From Lytechinus pictus (Eukaryota), in NCBI RefSeq assembly GCF_037042905.1, contig NC_087245.1, forward strand, positions 5,458,001 through 5,522,000: a DNA stretch of 64,000 bases, written 5' to 3'. Under the pieces are notes generated by a model that saw only the letters and a program-made list of their open reading frames with translations, was not told the origin of the DNA and made no database searches. Shown piece by piece: positions 36,801 through 50,637 of this stretch (position 1 is its first letter; every line of letters begins with the position of its first letter). Made by a program: the position numbers and the translations under genes.

Positions 36801-39800
36801 ATCTTCCAATTGTATTTTATAAAGAGGACTTTTAGTTGAAATTTACTCCTCAATATACGAAAAAACATAGAGTATATAGGGGTGTGGGCTACTAAAACTA
36901 AAGCACTAGCCCGTTGTTTTTCTTTACAAATTGAAAGAAGGGAAACCCCCCTACACACACCCAAAATATATTTCAGGAGCAATCTTCCAATTGTATTTTA
37001 TAAAGAGGACTTTTAGTTGAAATTTACTCCTCAATATACGAAAAAACATAGAGTATATAGGGGTGTGGGCTACTAAAACTAAAGCACTAGCCCGTTGTTT
37101 TTCTTTACAAATTGAAAGAAGGGAAACCCCCCTACACACACCCAAAATATATTTCAGGAGCAATCTTCCAATTGTATTTTATAAAGAGGACTTTTAGTTG
37201 AAATTTACTCCTCAATATACGAAAAAACATAGAGTATATAGGGGTGTGGGCTACTAAAACTAAAGCACTAGCCCGTTGTTTTTCTTTACAAATTGAAAGA
37301 AGGGAAACCCCCCTACACACACCCAAAATATATTTCAGGAGCAATCTTCCAATTGTATTTTATAAAGAGGACTTTTAGTTGAAATTTACTCCTCAATATA
37401 CGAAAAAACATAGAGTATATAGGGGTGTGGGCTACTAAAACTAAAGCACTAGCCCGTTGTTTTTCTTTACAAATTGAAAGAAGGGAAACCCCCCTACACA
37501 CACCCAAAATATATTTCAGGAGCAATCTTCCAATTGTATTTTATAAAGAGGACTTTTAGTTGAAATTTACTCCTCAATATACGAAAAAACATAGAGTATA
37601 TAGGGGTGTGGGCTACTAAAACTAAAGCACTAGCCCGTTGTTTTTCTTTACAAATTGAAAGAAGGGAAACCCCCCTACACACACCCAAAATATATTTCAG
37701 GAGCAATCTTCCAATTGTATTTTATAAAGAGGACTTTTAGTTGAAATTTACTCCTCAATATACGAAAAAACATAGAGTATATAGGGGTGTGGGCTACTAA
37801 AACTAAAGCACTAGCCCGTTGTTTTTCTTTACAAATTGAAAGAAGGGAAACCCCCCTACACACACCCAAAATATATTTCAGGAGCAATCTTCCAATTGTA
37901 TTTTATAAAGAGGACTTTTAGTTGAAATTTACTCCTCAATATACGAAAAAACATAGAGTATATAGGGGTGTGGGCTACTAAAACTAAAGCACTAGCCCGT
38001 TGTTTTTCTTTACAAATTGAAAGAAGGGAAACCCCCCTACACACACCCAAAATATATTTCAGGAGCAATCTTCCAATTGTATTTTATAAAGAGGACTTTT
38101 AGTTGAAATTTACTCCTCAATATACGAAAAAACATAGAGTATATAGGGGTGTGGGCTACTAAAACTAAAGCACTAGCCCGTTGTTTTTCTTTACAAATTG
38201 AAAGAAGGGAAACCCCCCTACACACACCCAAAATATATTTCAGGAGCAATCTTCCAATTGTATTTTATAAAGAGGACTTTTAGTTGAAATTTACTCCTCA
38301 ATATACGAAAAAACATAGAGTATATAGGGGTGTGGGCTACTAAAACTAAAGCACTAGCCCGTTGTTTTTCTTTACAAATTGAAAGAAGGGAAACCCCCCT
38401 ACACACACCCAAAATATATTTCAGGAGCAATCTTCCAATTGTATTTTATAAAGAGGACTTTTAGTTGAAATTTACTCCTCAATATACGAAAAAACATAGA
38501 GTATATAGGGGTGTGGGCTACTAAAACTAAAGCACTAGCCCGTTGTTTTTCTTTACAAATTGAAAGAAGGGAAACCCCCCTACACACACCCAAAATATAT
38601 TTCAGGAGCAATCTTCCAATTGTATTTTATAAAGAGGACTTTTAGTTGAAATTTACTCCTCAATATACGAAAAAACATAGAGTATATAGGGGTGTGGGCT
38701 ACTAAAACTAAAGCACTAGCCCGTTGTTTTTCTTTACAAATTGAAAGAAGGGAAACCCCCCTACACACACCCAAAATATATTTCAGGAGCAATCTTCCAA
38801 TTGTATTTTATAAAGAGGACTTTTAGTTGAAATTTACTCCTCAATATACGAAAAAACATAGAGTATATAGGGGTGTGGGCTACTAAAACTAAAGCACTAG
38901 CCCGTTGTTTTTCTTTACAAATTGAAAGAAGGGAAACCCCCCTACACACACCCAAAATATATTTCAGGAGCAATCTTCCAATTGTATTTTATAAAGAGGA
39001 CTTTTAGTTGAAATTTACTCCTCAATATACGAAAAAACATAGAGTATATAGGGGTGTGGGCTACTAAAACTAAAGCACTAGCCCGTTGTTTTTCTTTACA
39101 AATTGAAAGAAGGGAAACCCCCCTACACACACCCAAAATATATTTCAGGAGCAATCTTCCAATTGTATTTTATAAAGAGGACTTTTAGTTGAAATTTACT
39201 CCTCAATATACGAAAAAACATAGAGTATATAGGGGTGTGGGCTACTAAAACTAAAGCACTAGCCCGTTGTTTTTCTTTACAAATTGAAAGAAGGGAAACC
39301 CCCCTACACACACCCAAAATATATTTCAGGAGCAATCTTCCAATTGTATTTTATAAAGAGGACTTTTAGTTGAAATTTACTCCTCAATATACGAAAAAAC
39401 ATAGAGTATATAGGGGTGTGGGCTACTAAAACTAAAGCACTAGCCCGTTGTTTTTCTTTACAAATTGAAAGAAGGGAAACCCCCCTACACACACCCAAAA
39501 TATATTTCAGGAGCAATCTTCCAATTGTATTTTATAAAGAGGACTTTTAGTTGAAATTTACTCCTCAATATACGAAAAAACATAGAGTATATAGGGGTGT
39601 GGGCTACTAAAACTAAAGCACTAGCCCGTTGTTTTTCTTTACAAATTGAAAGAAGGGAAACCCCCCTACACACACCCAAAATATATTTCAGGAGCAATCT
39701 TCCAATTGTATTTTATAAAGAGGACTTTTAGTTGAAATTTACTCCTCAATATACGAAAAAACATAGAGTATATAGGGGTGTGGGCTACTAAAACTAAAGC

Positions 39801-42800
39801 ACTAGCCCGTTGTTTTTCTTTACAAATTGAAAGAAGGGAAACCCCCCTACACACACCCAAAATATATTTCAGGAGCAATCTTCCAATTGTATTTTATAAA
39901 GAGGACTTTTAGTTGAAATTTACTCCTCAATATACGAAAAAACATAGAGTATATAGGGGTGTGGGCTACTAAAACTAAAGCACTAGCCCGTTGTTTTTCT
40001 TTACAAATTGAAAGAAGGGAAACCCCCCTACACACACCCAAAATATATTTCAGGAGCAATCTTCCAATTGTATTTTATAAAGAGGACTTTTAGTTGAAAT
40101 TTACTCCTCAATATACGAAAAAACATAGAGTATATAGGGGTGTGGGCTACTAAAACTAAAGCACTAGCCCGTTGTTTTTCTTTACAAATTGAAAGAAGGG
40201 AAACCCCCCTACACACACCCAAAATATATTTCAGGAGCAATCTTCCAATTGTATTTTATAAAGAGGACTTTTAGTTGAAATTTACTCCTCAATATACGAA
40301 AAAACATAGAGTATATAGGGGTGTGGGCTACTAAAACTAAAGCACTAGCCCGTTGTTTTTCTTTACAAATTGAAAGAAGGGAAACCCCCCTACACACACC
40401 CAAAATATATTTCAGGAGCAATCTTCCAATTGTATTTTATAAAGAGGACTTTTAGTTGAAATTTACTCCTCAATATACGAAAAAACATAGAGTATATAGG
40501 GGTGTGGGCTACTAAAACTAAAGCACTAGCCCGTTGTTTTTCTTTACAAATTGAAAGAAGGGAAACCCCCCTACACACACCCAAAATATATTTCAGGAGC
40601 AATCTTCCAATTGTATTTTATAAAGAGGACTTTTAGTTGAAATTTACTCCTCAATATACGAAAAAACATAGAGTATATAGGGGTGTGGGCTACTAAAACT
40701 AAAGCACTAGCCCGTTGTTTTTCTTTACAAATTGAAAGAAGGGAAACCCCCCTACACACACCCAAAATATATTTCAGGAGCAATCTTCCAATTGTATTTT
40801 ATAAAGAGGACTTTTAGTTGAAATTTACTCCTCAATATACGAAAAAACATAGAGTATATAGGGGTGTGGGCTACTAAAACTAAAGCACTAGCCCGTTGTT
40901 TTTCTTTACAAATTGAAAGAAGGGAAACCCCCCTACACACACCCAAAATATATTTCAGGAGCAATCTTCCAATTGTATTTTATAAAGAGGACTTTTAGTT
41001 GAAATTTACTCCTCAATATACGAAAAAACATAGAGTATATAGGGGTGTGGGCTACTAAAACTAAAGCACTAGCCCGTTGTTTTTCTTTACAAATTGAAAG
41101 AAGGGAAACCCCCCTACACACACCCAAAATATATTTCAGGAGCAATCTTCCAATTGTATTTTATAAAGAGGACTTTTAGTTGAAATTTACTCCTCAATAT
41201 ACGAAAAAACATAGAGTATATAGGGGTGTGGGCTACTAAAACTAAAGCACTAGCCCGTTGTTTTTCTTTACAAATTGAAAGAAGGGAAACCCCCCTACAC
41301 ACACCCAAAATATATTTCAGGAGCAATCTTCCAATTGTATTTTATAAAGAGGACTTTTAGTTGAAATTTACTCCTCAATATACGAAAAAACATAGAGTAT
41401 ATAGGGGTGTGGGCTACTAAAACTAAAGCACTAGCCCGTTGTTTTTCTTTACAAATTGAAAGAAGGGAAACCCCCCTACACACACCCAAAATATATTTCA
41501 GGAGCAATCTTCCAATTGTATTTTATAAAGAGGACTTTTAGTTGAAATTTACTCCTCAATATACGAAAAAACATAGAGTATATAGGGGTGTGGGCTACTA
41601 AAACTAAAGCACTAGCCCGTTGTTTTTCTTTACAAATTGAAAGAAGGGAAACCCCCCTACACACACCCAAAATATATTTCAGGAGCAATCTTCCAATTGT
41701 ATTTTATAAAGAGGACTTTTAGTTGAAATTTACTCCTCAATATACGAAAAAACATAGAGTATATAGGGGTGTGGGCTACTAAAACTAAAGCACTAGCCCG
41801 TTGTTTTTCTTTACAAATTGAAAGAAGGGAAACCCCCCTACACACACCCAAAATATATTTCAGGAGCAATCTTCCAATTGTATTTTATAAAGAGGACTTT
41901 TAGTTGAAATTTACTCCTCAATATACGAAAAAACATAGAGTATATAGGGGTGTGGGCTACTAAAACTAAAGCACTAGCCCGTTGTTTTTCTTTACAAATT
42001 GAAAGAAGGGAAACCCCCCTACACACACCCAAAATATATTTCAGGAGCAATCTTCCAATTGTATTTTATAAAGAGGACTTTTAGTTGAAATTTACTCCTC
42101 AATATACGAAAAAACATAGAGTATATAGGGGTGTGGGCTACTAAAACTAAAGCACTAGCCCGTTGTTTTTCTTTACAAATTGAAAGAAGGGAAACCCCCC
42201 TACACACACCCAAAATATATTTCAGGAGCAATCTTCCAATTGTATTTTATAAAGAGGACTTTTAGTTGAAATTTACTCCTCAATATACGAAAAAACATAG
42301 AGTATATAGGGGTGTGGGCTACTAAAACTAAAGCACTAGCCCGTTGTTTTTCTTTACAAATTGAAAGAAGGGAAACCCCCCTACACACACCCAAAATATA
42401 TTTCAGGAGCAATCTTCCAATTGTATTTTATAAAGAGGACTTTTAGTTGAAATTTACTCCTCAATATACGAAAAAACATAGAGTATATAGGGGTGTGGGC
42501 TACTAAAACTAAAGCACTAGCCCGTTGTTTTTCTTTACAAATTGAAAGAAGGGAAACCCCCCTACACACACCCAAAATATATTTCAGGAGCAATCTTCCA
42601 ATTGTATTTTATAAAGAGGACTTTTAGTTGAAATTTACTCCTCAATATACGAAAAAACATAGAGTATATAGGGGTGTGGGCTACTAAAACTAAAGCACTA
42701 GCCCGTTGTTTTTCTTTACAAATTGAAAGAAGGGAAACCCCCCTACACACACCCAAAATATATTTCAGGAGCAATCTTCCAATTGTATTTTATAAAGAGG

Positions 42801-45800
42801 ACTTTTAGTTGAAATTTACTCCTCAATATACGAAAAAACATAGAGTATATAGGGGTGTGGGCTACTAAAACTAAAGCACTAGCCCGTTGTTTTTCTTTAC
42901 AAATTGAAAGAAGGGAAACCCCCCTACACACACCCAAAATATATTTCAGGAGCAATCTTCCAATTGTATTTTATAAAGAGGACTTTTAGTTGAAATTTAC
43001 TCCTCAATATACGAAAAAACATAGAGTATATAGGGGTGTGGGCTACTAAAACTAAAGCACTAGCCCGTTGTTTTTCTTTACAAATTGAAAGAAGGGAAAC
43101 CCCCCTACACACACCCAAAATATATTTCAGGAGCAATCTTCCAATTGTATTTTATAAAGAGGACTTTTAGTTGAAATTTACTCCTCAATATACGAAAAAA
43201 CATAGAGTATATAGGGGTGTGGGCTACTAAAACTAAAGCACTAGCCCGTTGTTTTTCTTTACAAATTGAAAGAAGGGAAACCCCCCTACACACACCCAAA
43301 ATATATTTCAGGAGCAATCTTCCAATTGTATTTTATAAAGAGGACTTTTAGTTGAAATTTACTCCTCAATATACGAAAAAACATAGAGTATATAGGGGTG
43401 TGGGCTACTAAAACTAAAGCACTAGCCCGTTGTTTTTCTTTACAAATTGAAAGAAGGGAAACCCCCCTACACACACCCAAAATATATTTCAGGAGCAATC
43501 TTCCAATTGTATTTTATAAAGAGGACTTTTAGTTGAAATTTACTCCTCAATATACGAAAAAACATAGAGTATATAGGGGTGTGGGCTACTAAAACTAAAG
43601 CACTAGCCCGTTGTTTTTCTTTACAAATTGAAAGAAGGGAAACCCCCCTACACACACCCAAAATATATTTCAGGAGCAATCTTCCAATTGTATTTTATAA
43701 AGAGGACTTTTAGTTGAAATTTACTCCTCAATATACGAAAAAACATAGAGTATATAGGGGTGTGGGCTACTAAAACTAAAGCACTAGCCCGTTGTTTTTC
43801 TTTACAAATTGAAAGAAGGGAAACCCCCCTACACACACCCAAAATATATTTCAGGAGCAATCTTCCAATTGTATTTTATAAAGAGGACTTTTAGTTGAAA
43901 TTTACTCCTCAATATACGAAAAAACATAGAGTATATAGGGGTGTGGGCTACTAAAACTAAAGCACTAGCCCGTTGTTTTTCTTTACAAATTGAAAGAAGG
44001 GAAACCCCCCTACACACACCCAAAATATATTTCAGGAGCAATCTTCCAATTGTATTTTATAAAGAGGACTTTTAGTTGAAATTTACTCCTCAATATACGA
44101 AAAAACATAGAGTATATAGGGGTGTGGGCTACTAAAACTAAAGCACTAGCCCGTTGTTTTTCTTTACAAATTGAAAGAAGGGAAACCCCCCTACACACAC
44201 CCAAAATATATTTCAGGAGCAATCTTCCAATTGTATTTTATAAAGAGGACTTTTAGTTGAAATTTACTCCTCAATATACGAAAAAACATAGAGTATATAG
44301 GGGTGTGGGCTACTAAAACTAAAGCACTAGCCCGTTGTTTTTCTTTACAAATTGAAAGAAGGGAAACCCCCCTACACACACCCAAAATATATTTCAGGAG
44401 CAATCTTCCAATTGTATTTTATAAAGAGGACTTTTAGTTGAAATTTACTCCTCAATATACGAAAAAACATAGAGTATATAGGGGTGTGGGCTACTAAAAC
44501 TAAAGCACTAGCCCGTTGTTTTTCTTTACAAATTGAAAGAAGGGAAACCCCCCTACACACACCCAAAATATATTTCAGGAGCAATCTTCCAATTGTATTT
44601 TATAAAGAGGACTTTTAGTTGAAATTTACTCCTCAATATACGAAAAAACATAGAGTATATAGGGGTGTGGGCTACTAAAACTAAAGCACTAGCCCGTTGT
44701 TTTTCTTTACAAATTGAAAGAAGGGAAACCCCCCTACACACACCCAAAATATATTTCAGGAGCAATCTTCCAATTGTATTTTATAAAGAGGACTTTTAGT
44801 TGAAATTTACTCCTCAATATACGAAAAAACATAGAGTATATAGGGGTGTGGGCTACTAAAACTAAAGCACTAGCCCGTTGTTTTTCTTTACAAATTGAAA
44901 GAAGGGAAACCCCCCTACACACACCCAAAATATATTTCAGGAGCAATCTTCCAATTGTATTTTATAAAGAGGACTTTTAGTTGAAATTTACTCCTCAATA
45001 TACGAAAAAACATAGAGTATATAGGGGTGTGGGCTACTAAAACTAAAGCACTAGCCCGTTGTTTTTCTTTACAAATTGAAAGAAGGGAAACCCCCCTACA
45101 CACACCCAAAATATATTTCAGGAGCAATCTTCCAATTGTATTTTATAAAGAGGACTTTTAGTTGAAATTTACTCCTCAATATACGAAAAAACATAGAGTA
45201 TATAGGGGTGTGGGCTACTAAAACTAAAGCACTAGCCCGTTGTTTTTCTTTACAAATTGAAAGAAGGGAAACCCCCCTACACACACCCAAAATATATTTC
45301 AGGAGCAATCTTCCAATTGTATTTTATAAAGAGGACTTTTAGTTGAAATTTACTCCTCAATATACGAAAAAACATAGAGTATATAGGGGTGTGGGCTACT
45401 AAAACTAAAGCACTAGCCCGTTGTTTTTCTTTACAAATTGAAAGAAGGGAAACCCCCCTACACACACCCAAAATATATTTCAGGAGCAATCTTCCAATTG
45501 TATTTTATAAAGAGGACTTTTAGTTGAAATTTACTCCTCAATATACGAAAAAACATAGAGTATATAGGGGTGTGGGCTACTAAAACTAAAGCACTAGCCC
45601 GTTGTTTTTCTTTACAAATTGAAAGAAGGGAAACCCCCCTACACACACCCAAAATATATTTCAGGAGCAATCTTCCAATTGTATTTTATAAAGAGGACTT
45701 TTAGTTGAAATTTACTCCTCAATATACGAAAAAACATAGAGTATATAGGGGTGTGGGCTACTAAAACTAAAGCACTAGCCCGTTGTTTTTCTTTACAAAT

Positions 45801-48800
45801 TGAAAGAAGGGAAACCCCCCTACACACACCCAAAATATATTTCAGGAGCAATCTTCCAATTGTATTTTATAAAGAGGACTTTTAGTTGAAATTTACTCCT
45901 CAATATACGAAAAAACATAGAGTATATAGGGGTGTGGGCTACTAAAACTAAAGCACTAGCCCGTTGTTTTTCTTTACAAATTGAAAGAAGGGAAACCCCC
46001 CTACACACACCCAAAATATATTTCAGGAGCAATCTTCCAATTGTATTTTATAAAGAGGACTTTTAGTTGAAATTTACTCCTCAATATACGAAAAAACATA
46101 GAGTATATAGGGGTGTGGGCTACTAAAACTAAAGCACTAGCCCGTTGTTTTTCTTTACAAATTGAAAGAAGGGAAACCCCCCTACACACACCCAAAATAT
46201 ATTTCAGGAGCAATCTTCCAATTGTATTTTATAAAGAGGACTTTTAGTTGAAATTTACTCCTCAATATACGAAAAAACATAGAGTATATAGGGGTGTGGG
46301 CTACTAAAACTAAAGCACTAGCCCGTTGTTTTTCTTTACAAATTGAAAGAAGGGAAACCCCCCTACACACACCCAAAATATATTTCAGGAGCAATCTTCC
46401 AATTGTATTTTATAAAGAGGACTTTTAGTTGAAATTTACTCCTCAATATACGAAAAAACATAGAGTATATAGGGGTGTGGGCTACTAAAACTAAAGCACT
46501 AGCCCGTTGTTTTTCTTTACAAATTGAAAGAAGGGAAACCCCCCTACACACACCCAAAATATATTTCAGGAGCAATCTTCCAATTGTATTTTATAAAGAG
46601 GACTTTTAGTTGAAATTTACTCCTCAATATACGAAAAAACATAGAGTATATAGGGGTGTGGGCTACTAAAACTAAAGCACTAGCCCGTTGTTTTTCTTTA
46701 CAAATTGAAAGAAGGGAAACCCCCCTACACACACCCAAAATATATTTCAGGAGCAATCTTCCAATTGTATTTTATAAAGAGGACTTTTAGTTGAAATTTA
46801 CTCCTCAATATACGAAAAAACATAGAGTATATAGGGGTGTGGGCTACTAAAACTAAAGCACTAGCCCGTTGTTTTTCTTTACAAATTGAAAGAAGGGAAA
46901 CCCCCCTACACACACCCAAAATATATTTCAGGAGCAATCTTCCAATTGTATTTTATAAAGAGGACTTTTAGTTGAAATTTACTCCTCAATATACGAAAAA
47001 ACATAGAGTATATAGGGGTGTGGGCTACTAAAACTAAAGCACTAGCCCGTTGTTTTTCTTTACAAATTGAAAGAAGGGAAACCCCCCTACACACACCCAA
47101 AATATATTTCAGGAGCAATCTTCCAATTGTATTTTATAAAGAGGACTTTTAGTTGAAATTTACTCCTCAATATACGAAAAAACATAGAGTATATAGGGGT
47201 GTGGGCTACTAAAACTAAAGCACTAGCCCGTTGTTTTTCTTTACAAATTGAAAGAAGGGAAACCCCCCTACACACACCCAAAATATATTTCAGGAGCAAT
47301 CTTCCAATTGTATTTTATAAAGAGGACTTTTAGTTGAAATTTACTCCTCAATATACGAAAAAACATAGAGTATATAGGGGTGTGGGCTACTAAAACTAAA
47401 GCACTAGCCCGTTGTTTTTCTTTACAAATTGAAAGAAGGGAAACCCCCCTACACACACCCAAAATATATTTCAGGAGCAATCTTCCAATTGTATTTTATA
47501 AAGAGGACTTTTAGTTGAAATTTACTCCTCAATATACGAAAAAACATAGAGTATATAGGGGTGTGGGCTACTAAAACTAAAGCACTAGCCCGTTGTTTTT
47601 CTTTACAAATTGAAAGAAGGGAAACCCCCCTACACACACCCAAAATATATTTCAGGAGCAATCTTCCAATTGTATTTTATAAAGAGGACTTTTAGTTGAA
47701 ATTTACTCCTCAATATACGAAAAAACATAGAGTATATAGGGGTGTGGGCTACTAAAACTAAAGCACTAGCCCGTTGTTTTTCTTTACAAATTGAAAGAAG
47801 GGAAACCCCCCTACACACACCCAAAATATATTTCAGGAGCAATCTTCCAATTGTATTTTATAAAGAGGACTTTTAGTTGAAATTTACTCCTCAATATACG
47901 AAAAAACATAGAGTATATAGGGGTGTGGGCTACTAAAACTAAAGCACTAGCCCGTTGTTTTTCTTTACAAATTGAAAGAAGGGAAACCCCCCTACACACA
48001 CCCAAAATATATTTCAGGAGCAATCTTCCAATTGTATTTTATAAAGAGGACTTTTAGTTGAAATTTACTCCTCAATATACGAAAAAACATAGAGTATATA
48101 GGGGTGTGGGCTACTAAAACTAAAGCACTAGCCCGTTGTTTTTCTTTACAAATTGAAAGAAGGGAAACCCCCCTACACACACCCAAAATATATTTCAGGA
48201 GCAATCTTCCAATTGTATTTTATAAAGAGGACTTTTAGTTGAAATTTACTCCTCAATATACGAAAAAACATAGAGTATATAGGGGTGTGGGCTACTAAAA
48301 CTAAAGCACTAGCCCGTTGTTTTTCTTTACAAATTGAAAGAAGGGAAACCCCCCTACACACACCCAAAATATATTTCAGGAGCAATCTTCCAATTGTATT
48401 TTATAAAGAGGACTTTTAGTTGAAATTTACTCCTCAATATACGAAAAAACATAGAGTATATAGGGGTGTGGGCTACTAAAACTAAAGCACTAGCCCGTTG
48501 TTTTTCTTTACAAATTGAAAGAAGGGAAACCCCCCTACACACACCCAAAATATATTTCAGGAGCAATCTTCCAATTGTATTTTATAAAGAGGACTTTTAG
48601 TTGAAATTTACTCCTCAATATACGAAAAAACATAGAGTATATAGGGGTGTGGGCTACTAAAACTAAAGCACTAGCCCGTTGTTTTTCTTTACAAATTGAA
48701 AGAAGGGAAACCCCCCTACACACACCCAAAATATATTTCAGGAGCAATCTTCCAATTGTATTTTATAAAGAGGACTTTTAGTTGAAATTTACTCCTCAAT

Positions 48801-49136
48801 ATACGAAAAAACATAGAGTATATAGGGGTGTGGGCTACTAAAACTAAAGCACTAGCCCGTTGTTTTTCTTTACAAATTGAAAGAAGGGAAACCCCCCTAC
48901 ACACACCCAAAATATATTTCAGGAGCAATCTTCCAATTGTATTTTATAAAGAGGACTTTTAGTTGAAATTTACTCCTCAATATACGAAAAAACATAGAGT
49001 ATATAGGGGTGTGGGCTACTAAAACTAAAGCACTAGCCCGTTGTTTTTCTTTACAAATTGAAAGAAGGGAAACCCCCCTACACACACCCAAAATATATTT
49101 CAGGAGCAATCTTCCAATTGTATTTTATAAAGAGGA
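33815..49136 (-). repeat. Satellite array 2: ~85 nearly identical 181-bp monomers, inverted relative to array 1
   Basis: Exact 181-bp period (84 ORF copies from 33874 to 48897); past the diverged first partial unit I saw only four SNVs (34223, 34284, 34549, 35860). Confidence 0.99.
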
Positions 49137-49383
49137 GATTCATCACCTCAAACAGCAAAATAGCCCTAATCCTTCCGCCAGTCAAAATATAGTCCAAAAT
49201 TTGTAATATTTCTTTCCAATTTGGGAAAAGGAAGTTCAGTAATTACCAAAAATAGAATCAGTGTTAGATGGAAAATCATATGCATACACTTTGTCAATCA
49301 GCAATATCAAAAAAAAAAAAATAGCGATGGGTTGGCTCGAATGAATATCTATGGCCTGCCACTAGAGATTAGGCCTGTGTAGC

Positions 49384-49522
49384 CCTGACCCCGTTTGTTT
49401 GATTTGTACAAGAATGCACGCTTCTCTTCGTGCGCAAAATCCTGTATCTGATCTATCTTATATCGCGATATTGTTGGCTGGAACTGTTGGCTGGCTTGCT
49501 GTTGGCTGGCTTATTGTTGGCT
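49384..49522 (-). repeat. Right terminal inverted repeat (139 bp)
   Basis: Reverse complement of 21283-21425. Confidence 0.95.
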
Positions 49523-49788
49523 CACTTGACATAGGCCTAAATGCACGGTGGACTCCTGGCCGGAGCTCCCTGGGTTAGGCTCCAGTAGACAGGAATAACC
49601 GTCGTTTCTGGGGATTTATTTAACAATTTCTGACATTTTACTATTGTATTACTATTGGTGAGTGGAGCCAACGTAGTTCAGCGGAACAACCGAAATACAG
49701 AGACTGTCTGAAGTGTGAAGCTTTTGGTCTCGGCTCTATCTAGTACCGGGCTGTACTAAGTAATACGTATGGCAGTGTATCCTATTGC

Positions 49789-50637
49789 CGGACACCTTTA
49801 TTTCAGTGCTTTAAAAATGACAACTAGAGGAAATACAATCAAGAAAAATTCACACTTGCTATTCCAAATATTATGAAAATTATGAATATGATAAAATTAT
49901 TTTATATTTGCCAACCATTTTCTTTGCATCGCACTTGCCGCATACCCCTCCACGAAAAACAATTATTTTCGTGCGCGACAAATTACATCATGATTCTGGA
50001 CGCGCGCCGGACGGGTAAAGATATCCTTGATTATAATGATGTAAGAACAAATTTTTGTGATTTTTTTCTTCTTATATCATATCATGAGTAAATTCTAAGT
50101 ATTATTTGCTTTTTTTTATATCGAATCTGAGCAGATGTTGGTAATAAATTCGTGTTTGATAACTTATTTTATTTTGTCTTGTTAGCTGCATGTTCCATGG
50201 CACTTTCCAATAATAATATGCTCGCGTTCGTAACGTGACGCTCATCAAGTTCTATCGATGCGCTGCCGATCGACGGCTCTACTCACGGTAAACCTCGCGC
50301 ACTGGTACCTTGAGAACTAGCCGTCGACGATCACCCACAATACACCACACCTCATCATTCGATCAAAGGAGTGGACGAGATTGAAATTCGGCAAATCAGG
50401 CCCATATTTCCGTTAGAAAATATATCAATTGTTAATACAAAACTATGTTATATGATATTTTAAGCATTTTCTGTCATTTTTAGAGATAATTAGGTAAAAG
50501 CTGGATTTTTCGCCTTGTTTTTGCAATCTTGTTCTATGTATTGCTCTGAGAAATTGAATTGCGTAAGTCTTACGGTACGAATTTGTTTTAGAACGCAGTA
50601 ATATGCGCGTCCGGAATCATAATAGTGTCCGGTAATA
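49789..50637. mobile_element. Degenerate inverted-repeat element
   Basis: TATTGCCGGACAC/GTGTCCGGTAATA and ATGATTCTGGACGCGC/GCGCGTCCGGAATCAT inverted pairs. Confidence 0.4.

Larger units (their letters stand above)
21269..49536. mobile_element. Putative 28.3-kb non-autonomous foldback (MULE/FB-like) element with satellite arms
   Basis: 9-bp direct repeat CTAAATGCA at 21260-21268 and 49537-49545; inverted repeats 21283-21425 / 49384-49522; inverted 181-bp satellite arrays inside. Confidence 0.7.

Noticed and set aside
33874..49109. 84 near-identical 70-aa ORFs (MLLKYILGVCRG...) as a tandem gene array
   Set aside because: They start at TTG, overlap each other, shift frame every 181 bp and resemble no protein I recognise; a by-product of the satellite. 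Three of four SNVs being synonymous is too few to imply selection.
33815..49136. 5S rRNA, tRNA or snRNA tandem gene cluster
   Set aside because: AT-rich unit with no recognisable 5S, tRNA or Sm-class sequence and no A/B boxes.
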